Translations under genes and position numbers: made by a program
Notes under the pieces: model-generated
What the model was told of the DNA's origin: nothing
Database searches by the model: none
The model's input: the letters and a program-made list of their open reading frames with translations, nothing else
From: Candidatus Marinacidobacterales bacterium
GTDB taxonomy: Bacteria > Acidobacteriota > Vicinamibacteria > Marinacidobacterales > SMYC01
Length of the DNA: 64,000 nt
Assembly (NCBI GenBank): GCA_965224085.1
Contig: CBDCYI010000004.1
Location: 800,001-864,000 of the forward strand
Direction of reading: 5' to 3'
In this document: positions 51,569 to 61,908 of the stretch, piece after piece
Layout: every line of letters starts with the position of its first letter
Position numbering within the stretch: position 1 is the stretch's first letter

Positions 51569-53122
51569 CTAGAAAGTCGGGTCGGATTCCTCCGAGCGGG
51601 AGCACTCGAGCTTCCCGAACAGCCGGCGGACCGGAGTTGGTGGCATCAGGTCCTCGCGCGTTCGCTCGTCGACGAAGATCACCTCGAGCCGAACGAGGGT
51701 CTCGTCACCGGAGTGACGGCGGTTCCAATCCTCGCAGAGCCACTCGGCGTAGCGACGGCGGTAGTGTTGCCACTGCAGCTGGTCGAAGATCGCCTCCGTG
51801 AGGCGCATCTGGTAGCTGCTCCAACGCCGAGACGGATGGTAGTCGAAGATCCATTCGGGCTTTTTCCAGGAGAGCTCGGGACCCGTCCACCACAGGTTGA
51901 CCGTCTTGCCGTTGCGCAGCTCTCCCGGAATGACGTACCAGCCATCCTCTCTCGGTGGGATCGGGCTGAACATAGCCCACTTCTGGTTGATGCGAAAGAA
52001 AAGCCCCACCCGGCTGAGCGACTCGGAAAAAGTCCAACTCTCGCGCACACCAGCGATGTTGTAGGAGAGTACATAGACCAGGCAGACTCCCGCCAGGGCT
52101 TGCCCGAGCTTCCCGAACAGCAAGCCTCGAGCTGGGCTGCTCTCGGAAGCCGCTCTGGGCGCGCGGCGCGGAAAGCGTGGCTCGAGCCACGCGCGCACGC
52201 GCTCTCCGGTTGCCGATTTCGTAAGCTTGTCCCAGAAAATGGGGGGGACGAAAGCCAGCATCATGACGGCATTGACCCAGGGCATGATGCCCAGGAAGAA
52301 GGAAAGCCCCAGCCCATACTGGAAGAACCAAGAAAGGCTGACGATGGCCAGACGCAAGCGCGCGGTGGCGAAGGGTGAGAAGAGCAGAAGCGGAGCTACG
52401 ATCTCGAACGCGAGGACGAAGAAGGTCACCCCTTGGAGCGCCCAGTTCAGGTCGTCGCGAAGAAAGGCACCGAAGGGCCGAAGCAGCCAATCGCGCTGGA
52501 GCGCGATGGCAATCGCGGACCCGCTCTGCCACCAGTCGGGCCCGCTCTTGAGCAATCCGGAGAAGAAATATACCGAGGCCACCTGAATGAGGAGACCCGC
52601 CGCGCCGAAGGAGACGATGAGTCGTCGGCGCAAAGAAGGGTCACCCTCAGCGCGACGGCTAGCATCCAGTGACCAGACGAGCCCCGAGGGAACGAACATC
52701 ATCCAGAAGAGGACCACGCGCAGGATCTCGTCCGCGAAGTAGCCGATGATCGCGTTCTGCGCGTGCAAGGACATCAATATCGCCCAGGACGCAATCGTCG
52801 CAAGGCGTGTGAAGAGGCCCACGAGCATCAGCAAAGCAAAGACCGCTGCGACGACGAAGAGGAGCGCCTGGTACCAGTAAGCGCCGCTGAGCACGTGAAG
52901 CGGCACCGCAGGCATGGGCGACACGCGAAAGGGAACTGCACCCGAGTCGGTATAAAAGACGGTGAAGTGGCGTGTCCGGAGTGCCAGATCCACGAGCAAG
53001 AGGGTGGCGAGTCCGATGCGGAGCATTGCGAGAGCACGCGGATCAATTCCGAAGACGCGCTGAAGCGCGCCTCGAAACCTACTGGAGGACTGCGGCTCGG
53101 ATTGTTCTTGAGTCACTACCAT
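51569..53122 (-). CDS. HTTM-domain membrane protein
   Basis: DPRALAMLRI, WSLD, YFFSGLLK..W..G.A and QKWAMFSP motifs. Confidence 0.8.
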   Translation of the reverse strand: MVVTQEQSEPQSSSRFRGALQRVFGIDPRALAMLRIGLATLLLVDLALRTRHFTVFYTDSGAVPFRVSPMPAVPLHVLSGAYWYQALLFVVAAVFALLMLVGLFTRLATIASWAILMSLHAQNAIIGYFADEILRVVLFWMMFVPSGLVWSLDASRRAEGDPSLRRRLIVSFGAAGLLIQVASVYFFSGLLKSGPDWWQSGSAIAIALQRDWLLRPFGAFLRDDLNWALQGVTFFVLAFEIVAPLLLFSPFATARLRLAIVSLSWFFQYGLGLSFFLGIMPWVNAVMMLAFVPPIFWDKLTKSATGERVRAWLEPRFPRRAPRAASESSPARGLLFGKLGQALAGVCLVYVLSYNIAGVRESWTFSESLSRVGLFFRINQKWAMFSPIPPREDGWYVIPGELRNGKTVNLWWTGPELSWKKPEWIFDYHPSRRWSSYQMRLTEAIFDQLQWQHYRRRYAEWLCEDWNRRHSGDETLVRLEVIFVDERTREDLMPPTPVRRLFGKLECSRSEESDPTF

Positions 53123-53375
53123 TAAATTTTACGTGGCCGACTCGGGTTTTTCCATTGAAGTCGACGCCGTCAAGAAACGTCGGATTGCCGATGATTGATT
53201 TCAGCTCCCCGCCTCGTGTCAGGGAGCTCGCCAAACATGGCAGCCTTCTCACGCACGATGGCTTCCGCAAGCTTCGCGTAAGCAGCACCTTCCGCTTGCG
53301 TGCCCGCGTGATGGAGCGCGAGCTGGATCGTCGCGCCGTCGACGTCCAAACGTGAAGCTCAAAACGAAGCGTGAA

Positions 53376-53480
53376 CTAGCAGGCTGATGAAAAGATTACG
53401 GCTCAGCCTGCGCGAGCGGAGCGAGCACGGCCCGAATGGGCCGACGAAACGCAAGGCGAGTGAGCGAAGAGCGAACGAGC
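53376..53480 (+). repeat. Possible MITE/REP-like end
   Basis: ctagcaggctgatgaaaa terminus followed by GC hairpins (ggccc-gaat-gggcc) and gagcg repeats; single copy in window. Confidence 0.3.
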
Positions 53481-53499
53481 ATTAAGCACTCTAGATGTC

Positions 53500-54636
53500 T
53501 CATGGCAAATCGTTAGCGCGCCGTTCCATTGAAAGTATATCGCCCTCCTCGGCAGAGCGCCGGAATCCGAGAAGATGCAAGAACTCGAGCGAGTACCAGC
53601 GCGCGATAGCGCGATCGACGCGTACGCGGTGTCGCTCACCTTCGATCCGCGAGACGCCCGGAAGCCAATGAGCGATCCGTCCGGCGCGTGCGTAGCGCAA
53701 GAGTGCCGAGAGCCAAAGCCAGAACGAGCGCACTTTCGTAACGACGAAAAAGCCGTCATCACCTTGCTTCTGATAGAGCGGCATCAGGAGGTATCCACCA
53801 TTGGGAGCCGTGACATCCCCTCGCGCATCCTTCGCGATCGTTTGGCCGGCGACCACCGGCTCGAAGGAAGCAAAGCCCGGAAGCATCGAGAAAGCATCTT
53901 CGCGTGTGATCACGTGCCGATAGCTCACTTCGAGACTCGCCGGTGCCCCCGCGGCGGCACGCACGAGCTTGTCGCGCCCCGTTTGAAGCCACGACGCCTT
54001 GACGTCCACGAGCCCCATCTCGCCGAGCGCAATCCAGACAATTGCTTCGAGGTGGTCCACCGATTCCGGGTCTTCGTGCTGGCCGCCTTCGAATCCGACG
54101 GCCACGTGTCCCTCGAGACCGACGTAATCGATGAAGGTCCCTCTGAGCTGCTCCTCGAGACCGAGAACGATCGGGATCGGAAAACGCCGGGCAAAGTTGC
54201 GGCTGACCATCGTATCGGCAAAGACCGCGAAAGGCGCACCCGCTCCCGAAGTCGTGTGGAGGTCGAGCAGTACCACTGGCCCCCGAGCTTCTCCAAGCAC
54301 GCTCTCGAGGGTGTCAAGCAGCTCGCGCTGCTCTCGGGACTCCGCAGAATCCGCATCTCTCTCGAGCGATTCCGCCCACTCCATATCGAAACGCCGGTTC
54401 AAGTCTTCATCAATGAAGCGCCGGCGTGCGGCGAGCGCGGGCAAATGACCCGCGAGCGCTACGCAGTCTCCGCAACGGAGTCGTGAATGGCTTTTGAGCC
54501 GCTCAAAGACGCGCACGAGCGCGAGTGCACCCGCGGGCTCGTTGCCGTGAATGCCGCCTACGGCCACCAACATCGGGCCCGGTTCTTGATGAGAGACTCG
54601 GCCGATGACGCGTCGAGTTGGAAGCGGTGTGGTCAA
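53500..54636 (-). CDS. Succinylglutamate desuccinylase/aspartoacylase family
   Basis: GGIHGNEPAG, DLNR, LDLH and FEGGQH motifs. Confidence 0.85.
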   Translation of the reverse strand: MTTPLPTRRVIGRVSHQEPGPMLVAVGGIHGNEPAGALALVRVFERLKSHSRLRCGDCVALAGHLPALAARRRFIDEDLNRRFDMEWAESLERDADSAESREQRELLDTLESVLGEARGPVVLLDLHTTSGAGAPFAVFADTMVSRNFARRFPIPIVLGLEEQLRGTFIDYVGLEGHVAVGFEGGQHEDPESVDHLEAIVWIALGEMGLVDVKASWLQTGRDKLVRAAAGAPASLEVSYRHVITREDAFSMLPGFASFEPVVAGQTIAKDARGDVTAPNGGYLLMPLYQKQGDDGFFVVTKVRSFWLWLSALLRYARAGRIAHWLPGVSRIEGERHRVRVDRAIARWYSLEFLHLLGFRRSAEEGDILSMERRANDLP

Positions 54637-54694
54637 GCTTAGAAGATGTCTCTAAATAGCGGTAAATAGTGGTCGGTAGGTCAGCGATTAGTGC

Positions 54695-57286
54695 TCACGC
54701 GCGCTTCGAGCTTCTCCCAAAGCCAGGAACGCGTCTGAGCGCGATATCCACAAAATAGAGTAGCAAAGCGAGCGCTGACAAGAAGGGCCAGAGCTCGGTA
54801 GGAAAGCTCGCCGATTCGCGGCGCGCCGCGAAGATATCTTCGATTTCCGGCCGGAACACGCCGCCGGTTTCTTCGGCGATCGCCTCGAGACGCACTCCGT
54901 CGGGTGGATAGAAACGGTACTCGTCCGGGTAAGGATAGAACACCGCGCGTGCGTTCCCCGCGACGGCGAGCGCCTCTTCGGGCAAACCGTTACTCGAAAG
55001 CTGAAAGCGCCAGGGAGAGTCCGCCGAGATCTTCAAGGGAACCGACGCGTGGTAGTGGCCTGGGGCCGTCTGCCGCATCGCCATGGTGCGGACCGCGCGC
55101 CCGGGGTCGGTGATCTTTAGAGACGGTACGAGCCCTCTGGGGAACTCACCCTTCTCGTCGACGACGCGCAGGTCGACCTCCGCCGCGTCTCCCTTGCGCT
55201 CGACGCGAAAGTCGACTTCCGCGCCGCGGTTGCGCCGCAACGTTTCGCGCACGAGCTGCGCCCAAAACTTCCCGTAGCCATCCCATTCGAGCCAGTCGGC
55301 CGCCCATCGATTCTTGACATCGGACGTGAACATGACAGAGCGGCCAATCCCGTAATGCCATCGGGCGAGTAGCGGATCCTCGTCCGGGGCTTCGAGGATG
55401 ACTTCGGCCATATCTTTCGGAAGCGTCGAAACGTATCCTTTGAGCGGCGGCGCGGAGTCGAAATCGATGCCGCTCAGCGCTTCGACCTCGCGCTTCACGA
55501 GAGGCTCGAACGACTCTTCGATGAGCGTGGCCTCGAGCGCGATTTGCGTCTCCTCGATGAAGATCTGCTGCACGCGTTCCGCGTCCTCGATGAAGTAGCT
55601 GCGACCCTTCCCCCACTCTGCGATACCGGCAAGAAGCTCCCGATCCGCTTCTTCCCCGACGGCGACCGTCGAGACCGTGATCTCTTCCTCCGTCATGCGG
55701 TTCACGAGCTCTTCGTAATCGTCGGGATAAGTCTTTCCGTCGGAGAGCAGGATGACGTGCTTGACCTTCGAGGGACTCTCGACGAGCTGCTCGAACGAGC
55801 GCTCGAGGGCCGGATAAATGTTCGTCTGGGCGCTCGCTTGAATCCGGCTGATTCCTTCCTTGATGAACTCCCTCTTGGTAGCGAGCTGAAGTGGAATCGT
55901 CGTATAGGGATTCCAGTCGAAGGTCACGACGCCGAAACGATGGGTTTCCTCGAGCAAATCGAGCGCCGCTTTGGTCGCTTCCTTCGCGAGCGCGATCTTG
56001 CGTCCATACATACTGTAGGACTTGTCGAGCACGATGATGAGCGACAGATCCTTCCACTTTTCCTCGACGCGAAACTCCACCGGCAAAATGCGCTCGATGA
56101 TTGTGTCGGAGTAGCCTTCCTCACCGAAGCTCGTCTCGCCCGCAGCGAAGATGAATCCGCCTTCGTCGTCGCGCACATAGCTTTCGATGGCCCGCATCGT
56201 TTCTTCGCTCAAGCCCTTGATCGAAACGTCGCTCAGAATCACGGCTTCATAGGCCTTCCAGTTCACCGACGCCAGGTTGTCGCCCGAGCGCACCGTCACA
56301 TCGAGCCCCTCGGAGGAGAGCGCGCTTGTCAAGTAGCCGGCGCTAGCGACGTGGCCTTCGGCGTAGAGCACGCGCGGCGCGGGCCCGACCGCCACCGTCT
56401 GGACCCTGACGTCGTTTATCTGGAATGGGTCTAGAGCCGTCTCGATCCGCGCCTGCAGATCTACGAGCCCTTCGTCAGGAAGCCGAACTTCGAATTCAAC
56501 GCGGGTAAAGCCGGGCGAGAGGGTGAGCTCGCGGCTCGCGAGCCGTGCCGAGGACGTCTCGAGCCCCACGGTCGCTTCTTTTTCCGTGCGGCTGAAGACC
56601 ACGACACCAACCTCAATCATCTCCTCGGCGCGCACTTTTTCAGGGACCTCGATCGACTCGATCCAACTATCGCCTTCGCCGCGCACGGCCGCGGGGACGG
56701 TAAAGACGCGGATTCCCTGCTCGCGAAGCTCCGGTAAGACCGCATCGAGAGAGCCGTCCGTCTCGTGGCCATCGGTAATAAGGACCAGTCGCTGTAAGCT
56801 CGCGGGCCGAAAGCTCGTCATCGCCTGTCGGACGGCGCGCTCGATATTCGTGCGGCTCTGGTCGATAGCGCCCGGCTGAACGTCGCCGGACTCCACGGCC
56901 ACGCCGTCATAGACAGCCAGGGTACCGAGCTCTTCGGCTCGCTCCACGAGCGCTGACTGAGCGCCGAAGCCGATGAAGCGTGCATGCGCCGGATTCCCCT
57001 TTTGCACCGCTCCGCCGCTCCACTGGATGGCGGCGTTCAAGAATTCCGGCGAGATGCTGCGCGAGATATCCAAAAGGAAGATAGTGGAGAGCTCCCTGCC
57101 CGGCCGGTTCAAGAGCGGCCGCATGAGCGCCGCAACGAGAAGAAGAACCACCGCGCTCCGTATCCAGGTGAGAAGCGTCAAGTGGCGGACGGTTAGGGAC
57201 GTATCCGTCCCCCAACGCACCCACCATAAATAAGCCAGCGCCGGCAGGAGCAGAAGCGGCCAGAATGTCTCGAAGCTCAGCGACAT
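54695..57286 (-). CDS. Membrane-anchored double-VWA/GATase-like protein
   Basis: Two MIDAS motifs (DISRS, DKSYS) with TDG/SDG, PLLARWHYGIGR, terminal TM helices. Confidence 0.85.
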   Translation of the reverse strand: MSLSFETFWPLLLLPALAYLWWVRWGTDTSLTVRHLTLLTWIRSAVVLLLVAALMRPLLNRPGRELSTIFLLDISRSISPEFLNAAIQWSGGAVQKGNPAHARFIGFGAQSALVERAEELGTLAVYDGVAVESGDVQPGAIDQSRTNIERAVRQAMTSFRPASLQRLVLITDGHETDGSLDAVLPELREQGIRVFTVPAAVRGEGDSWIESIEVPEKVRAEEMIEVGVVVFSRTEKEATVGLETSSARLASRELTLSPGFTRVEFEVRLPDEGLVDLQARIETALDPFQINDVRVQTVAVGPAPRVLYAEGHVASAGYLTSALSSEGLDVTVRSGDNLASVNWKAYEAVILSDVSIKGLSEETMRAIESYVRDDEGGFIFAAGETSFGEEGYSDTIIERILPVEFRVEEKWKDLSLIIVLDKSYSMYGRKIALAKEATKAALDLLEETHRFGVVTFDWNPYTTIPLQLATKREFIKEGISRIQASAQTNIYPALERSFEQLVESPSKVKHVILLSDGKTYPDDYEELVNRMTEEEITVSTVAVGEEADRELLAGIAEWGKGRSYFIEDAERVQQIFIEETQIALEATLIEESFEPLVKREVEALSGIDFDSAPPLKGYVSTLPKDMAEVILEAPDEDPLLARWHYGIGRSVMFTSDVKNRWAADWLEWDGYGKFWAQLVRETLRRNRGAEVDFRVERKGDAAEVDLRVVDEKGEFPRGLVPSLKITDPGRAVRTMAMRQTAPGHYHASVPLKISADSPWRFQLSSNGLPEEALAVAGNARAVFYPYPDEYRFYPPDGVRLEAIAEETGGVFRPEIEDIFAARRESASFPTELWPFLSALALLLYFVDIALRRVPGFGRSSKRA

Positions 57287-57422
57287 GATCCGACCAATTT
57301 TACTTCAGCGCACGTATCGGGGCTATCGCTTTCGGCGCACCCTCGAAAGTCGCCACGGCGCTCGCTCCGCTCGCTTTTCTGACGTTCTAGCTGTAGATTT
57401 GGACCCATTCATGGAGGATGGA

Positions 57423-58019
57423 ATGCGCGCTCTTCTACTTTTGCTCACCGTGGTCCAAGCCCCGACCATCGAGGTCACCCCCGCGAGCATGACTCTCGAG
57501 GTAGGCGAATCGGCGACGCTTCGCGCCGTCACAAAAGGCTCGGACGCACCAGTGGTTTTCTTCTCGGGAAATCGCATGGGGCTCACCGTCACCCCTTCCG
57601 GCCGTGTCACCGCCAAGGGGCCGGGCACCTTCGTCGTCACCGCGCTCTTACCCGATAAGCCCTTCGACGGCGCGTGGGATTCCTACTCGCGTCGCGACCC
57701 GGGGATACGAACGACGATCGAGGTCACCGTTTCCGTGCCTCCCCTCGAGAGCGTCGCGATCGTCGGCTTCCCAGAGCAAATGTATGCAGGCACGACCATG
57801 CCGATCCGCGCGCGCGGTACGGACACGAGCGGCGCCGAGCGGACGGACTTCACGACGCGTTTTCTCATTGATGACACCGACACCGACACCGGCGCAAACG
57901 CTCCATTCGCCTGGGGACCGCAGCTGCACAAAGGCACGATCTTCTTCGCCGATTTCAACAGTGGACTCTGGGCCATCCGCCTCGCGCCTTCCGACACGTC
58001 GATGGACGGTGAACAATGA
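57423..58019 (+). pseudogene. Ig-like/LVIVD-repeat protein, copy 1, in-frame internal deletion
   Basis: N- and C-termini match copy 2 (…DPGIR; WGPQ.HKG.IFF.DF.SGLWA) but the central region is absent. Confidence 0.75.
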
Positions 58020-60083
58020 TGCCGACTCTACTCTTTGCTGCAGCGCTCGGCGCGCAGCTTTCGGTGCAGCCCGAAGCGCTCGAGCTACGGGTCGGAGAGA
58101 CGGCACGCCTCGAAGCCATCGTGGAAGGCGCGGACGAAGGCGCCACGGTCATTTTCTTCTCGACGGCGCCGCGGACCGCGAGCGTCACGCCTTCGGGGGT
58201 CGTCACCGCACGCCGCTCGGGAACCGCCATCCTCGTAGCTCTGATCCCGGCCGAGCTTCTGGACGCTGAGCTCTATCGCCAGAACGATCCGGGCATCCGC
58301 GTCGAGATTGCGGTGACCGTGCAGCCCTCGCCGCTAGCACGGCTCGACATACAAGGGCTTCCCGAAACACTTCGCGTCGGCGAGCGGGCGCGCATTCATG
58401 TCGTCGCAACCGACACCAACGACGAGGTCAAAGACGTGCGCCCGAGCCTCTCCGTAGAAAACGATAAGGTAGCATCCGCGCACGGCTTCGGCGATCTCTT
58501 TCGCGGCACGTTTCACGCGCATCCTTTCTACGATCGGCCGCGGCCCGATCTCTACCCCGGCGACGCGTCCGGGCTCGTGACAGCACTCTCCCCCGGAACG
58601 ACGACTTTGACCGCGTCCGTCGACGGCATCGTCGCGGAGCGGAAGCTCGTCGTCGTGCCAAACCCCGTGACATCGATTCGTGTCACAGCGTCTCAGCGTC
58701 TCAGCCGGAAGCGCGCACCGGTGATGTGATCCGCTTCTCTGTTGCGCCCGCCGACGCCCCCGTCCGTTTCGCGCTCGAGTCGCACCCGGATCCGAGCCGT
58801 GCCGAGACGATGGGCGCCGGGGCACCCGCACAGATTCTCCGCGATGGCCGCTTCGTCGCGGAGCAGGCCGGCCTCTATACGGTGCTCGCGACCTCGGGCG
58901 ACCGCATCGCGCGCGCCACCGTGCGGGTCGCACCTCGTGACGTGTCGCGTGAGCTCGAGTTCGTAGGCCAAGCTCCGGTGCGCGATCGCATCACATCGGA
59001 TCTCTGGGTCTGGGAGGGCCTCGACGGACGGGACTATGCGATCCTCGGGACGTGGAACGCGGACGGCGCGCGCTCTTTTTCGACGTGACAGATCCTTCGA
59101 ACATGCAGCGGATTGCGGACGTTCAAGTCGATGCGCGGACGGTCAACGATGTAAAAGTCACGGAGGACAGGCGCTACGCTGTCATCACACACGAAGGCGC
59201 TTCCAATCGCAAAAACGGCTTCGTCGTGCTCGACGTGTCAAACCCGCGCACTCCCGAGATCGTTTCGCGATTCGACGAGCAGCTCACGGGCGGCGTGCAC
59301 AATGTCTTTCTCTACGAGGACCACGTTTTCGCGATCAACAACGGACGGCGCTGGGATGTGATCAACATCGAAGACCCGACCAACCCGTTCCGCGTTTCGC
59401 GTTTCGAAGGCAAGAGTCCCGGCCGCTCCGTGCACGATGTCTGGGTCAGAGACGGCATCGCGTTTCAAGCCGGCAACACGGAAGGGATTGTGCTCGTCGA
59501 TGTCGGGGGCGGCGGCCACGGAGGCTCCCCGGCTAACCCCGTCGAGATCGGCCGTCTCCCGCAGCTCACCGGGTGGAACCACGCCGTTTGGCCTTTCCGA
59601 AGCCCGTCGACGGGCAAGTTCTATGTCATCGCAGGCGACGAAGCGCATCCCATCAACCCCCGAGTGCCGGGACCGATCATCGCGTGGGAGGAGCGGAGCG
59701 CTTCGCGCGCCAGGGGCTGGATCCATGTGCTCGAGTTCGAGGATTTTAACGAGCCGAAGGAAATCGCCCGCTACCGCGTTCCCGAGGCGGGCCCCCACAA
59801 CCTATGGATAGATTGGGAACAAGAGATCATGTACGTCGCCTACTTCAACGGTGGGCTTCGCATCGTGGACGTCTCGGGCGAGCTCGTGGGTGATCTGTAT
59901 CGCCAAGGCCGTGAGATAGCGAAGTTCTATTCGGATGACACGGCCGGCTACGTCCCCAACTCGCCTTTTGTCTGGGGGCCTCAGCCGCACAAAGGCGTCA
60001 TTTTCTTTTCGGATTTCCACAGCGGGCTCTGGGCCGTACGGTTCGCGGACAGCGGAGACCGATCGTCTGGGAGGATGCCATGA
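58016..60083 (+). pseudogene. Ig-like/LVIVD-repeat protein, copy 2, two frameshifts
   Basis: Continuous homology across ORFs 58016-58729, 58726-59088 and 59052-60083; LVIVD-type repeats (FVVLDVSNP, LRIVDVS). Confidence 0.75.
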
Positions 60084-60265
60084 GGCATCTACTAGCCTTC
60101 CTTACACCCAGGCCGGGCTTTTCCCCGCGACGATGGACATCAGCCCAACGACAGGCTTTTTTGTTCGTCGTCAACTTCAATCTCCATGGCGATCACGTGC
60201 TCAGCAACGTTTCGGTCATCGATACGGTATCGATGACTGAAATCGCGCAAATTGAACAAGGCAGG
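60080..60265 (+). pseudogene. YVTN/YncE beta-propeller remnant
   Basis: FLFVVNFNLHGD...VSVIDT.SM.EIAQI segment only. Confidence 0.4.
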
Positions 60266-60464
60266 ACGGACACCCCGCACGACGGGGCGCCACCCGATCT
60301 GCACCCCGTGGCCAAAAATTTGGCGAGCGCGACTGCCAAAAAGTGCAAGTTGCCTGCGTCCGTGACACCAGGCGTTTCGGTTCGCGGGGTGGTAGATTCC
60401 TATAACTAGTTCAACAGGCTATAATTATATGTGATTTTGGGTCCTGCCTTAGTTTGCGGCCGAC

Positions 60465-60480
60465 TGGCACGGGGGTTGCT
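60465..60480 (+). promoter_or_regulatory. Sigma54 (-24/-12) promoter
   Basis: TGGCAC-GGGGG-TTGCT matches the consensus TGGCAC-N5-TTGC, upstream of pilin; AT-rich tract just upstream. Confidence 0.85.
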
Positions 60481-60624
60481 ATAGACCAGACTGATTCAGG
60501 CGACTGATTTAGTTTCCGCTTACACAGCCGCTTTCGTTGACCCCGAGGTTGGGGACCCATTGGGGAGGCAGGTAAGCAACAACAATCCCGCGAGCGAGCG
60601 GGGCTTCAAAGGAGAGAAAAGACA

Positions 60625-61155
60625 ATGCGGAACAACAAAGGTTTCACACTTATCGAGCTGCTGATCGTCGTGGCGATCATCGGCATCATTGCCGCGATCG
60701 CCATCCCGAGCTTGCTCCGGGCGCGCGTCTCGGCCAATGAGGCTCAGGCGATCGGCGACACCCGTTCGGTGATCTCCGCCGAGCAGACCTACGCATCGGC
60801 CAACGGTGGATTCTTCGGGCCAATTGCAAACCTCTGCCGGGTCGCCCCCTGCACCGGCATCGGCATCCCGGTCTATCCGGCCGCCGCCCCTGAGTTCCTC
60901 GGCGCCGACCTCGGTGCTCTCGGCGTCAAATCCGGCTACACCCGCACTTGGACGCCTGTAGGCGCACCGGCACCGATTCCTACAACGGTCGATGGGGCCA
61001 GTGCTCTGGACTACTGCTACAACTCCGATCCTGCCCAACTCGGTCTGACGGGTGTGCGTTCCTTCATGGGCGTCGGCACCGGTTCGATTTACATGCAAAC
61101 CGATGGCACGGCAATTACTTGCCCGGCCGACGGTTCGTCACCGTTTCTCAGTTAA
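60625..61155 (+). CDS. Type IV pilin (probable major pilin)
   Basis: Class III signal KG|FTLIELLIVVAIIGIIAAIAIP; GGAG RBS. Confidence 0.9.
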   Translation: MRNNKGFTLIELLIVVAIIGIIAAIAIPSLLRARVSANEAQAIGDTRSVISAEQTYASANGGFFGPIANLCRVAPCTGIGIPVYPAAAPEFLGADLGALGVKSGYTRTWTPVGAPAPIPTTVDGASALDYCYNSDPAQLGLTGVRSFMGVGTGSIYMQTDGTAITCPADGSSPFLS

Positions 61156-61173
61156 CGCATAAAGTCGGCGTTA

Positions 61174-61203
61174 GGGGCAGCGCTCTTTCGAGGGCGCTGC
61201 CCC
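61174..61203 (+). terminator. Strong GC hairpin after first pilin (terminator or mRNA stabiliser)
   Basis: ggggcagcgctct-ttcg-agggcgctgcccc; no U-tract follows. Confidence 0.55.
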
Positions 61204-61237
61204 AAAGCCCCGAAGACAAACGTTGGTGGGGGGGTTC

Positions 61238-61795
61238 ATGCCGCGACACAATCTGAGCACCTCGGAGGGATTCACGCTCATCGAGCTCCTCATCGTCGTT
61301 GCCATCATCGGTATCATCGCCGCCGTCGCCATCCCCAATCTTCTCCGCGCCCGCATCTCGGCCAACGAGGCCCAGGCGATTGGAGACACGCGCACAATCA
61401 TGTCGTCGAACGTCGCGTACGCGTCCTCGAACTGCGGCTATTTCGCAGCGGCCTTGACGTGCATGACCAGAGAAGGAGGCGGCGCGATCTGCATTAACAA
61501 CTACCCGCCTACAGCACCGCAGTTTCTCGCCGCCGATCTCGGCCGGGTTACTCCCTATGACAAGGCCGGCTACAGTCGTGACTACCCGGTTACGCCCGTA
61601 GTCGCACCTGGCGTCGATCCGGCCATCTGTGATCCTGCCTCGCTTCTGGATTACTGCTACGTTGCGGGGCCGTCACAGATCGGGTTGACCGGCGTGCGCT
61701 CGTTCCTGGGATCACCGGCGGGAGCCATCTTCCAAGATGGGACTGGTGTGATGATGCCGTGCCCCCCTCCGGCAGGTTCGACACCGCTCCAGTAG
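61238..61795 (+). CDS. Second type IV pilin paralog
   Basis: EG|FTLIELLIVV; shares ANEAQAIGDTR, LDYCY and GLTGVRSF with pilin 1. Confidence 0.88.
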   Translation: MPRHNLSTSEGFTLIELLIVVAIIGIIAAVAIPNLLRARISANEAQAIGDTRTIMSSNVAYASSNCGYFAAALTCMTREGGGAICINNYPPTAPQFLAADLGRVTPYDKAGYSRDYPVTPVVAPGVDPAICDPASLLDYCYVAGPSQIGLTGVRSFLGSPAGAIFQDGTGVMMPCPPPAGSTPLQ

Positions 61796-61908
61796 CTTCT
61801 CGCATTTTTCTCGATGCGTACGGCGTTCGGCTCTTGGCACGTTATGCTAAAATGACGGTTAACGCTCGATAAACCAACCTGAGACGAGCCTGCGCGGCTT
61901 CCAGAGCC

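Noticed and set aside
60490-60620. c-di-GMP or other riboswitch in the pilin leader
   Set aside because: Hairpins are present but I could not match conserved riboswitch motifs; needs an Rfam scan.
60625-61795. Conductive e-pilin or DGR/shufflon pilin variation
   Set aside because: Pilins are long, and no reverse transcriptase, template repeat or invertase is present.
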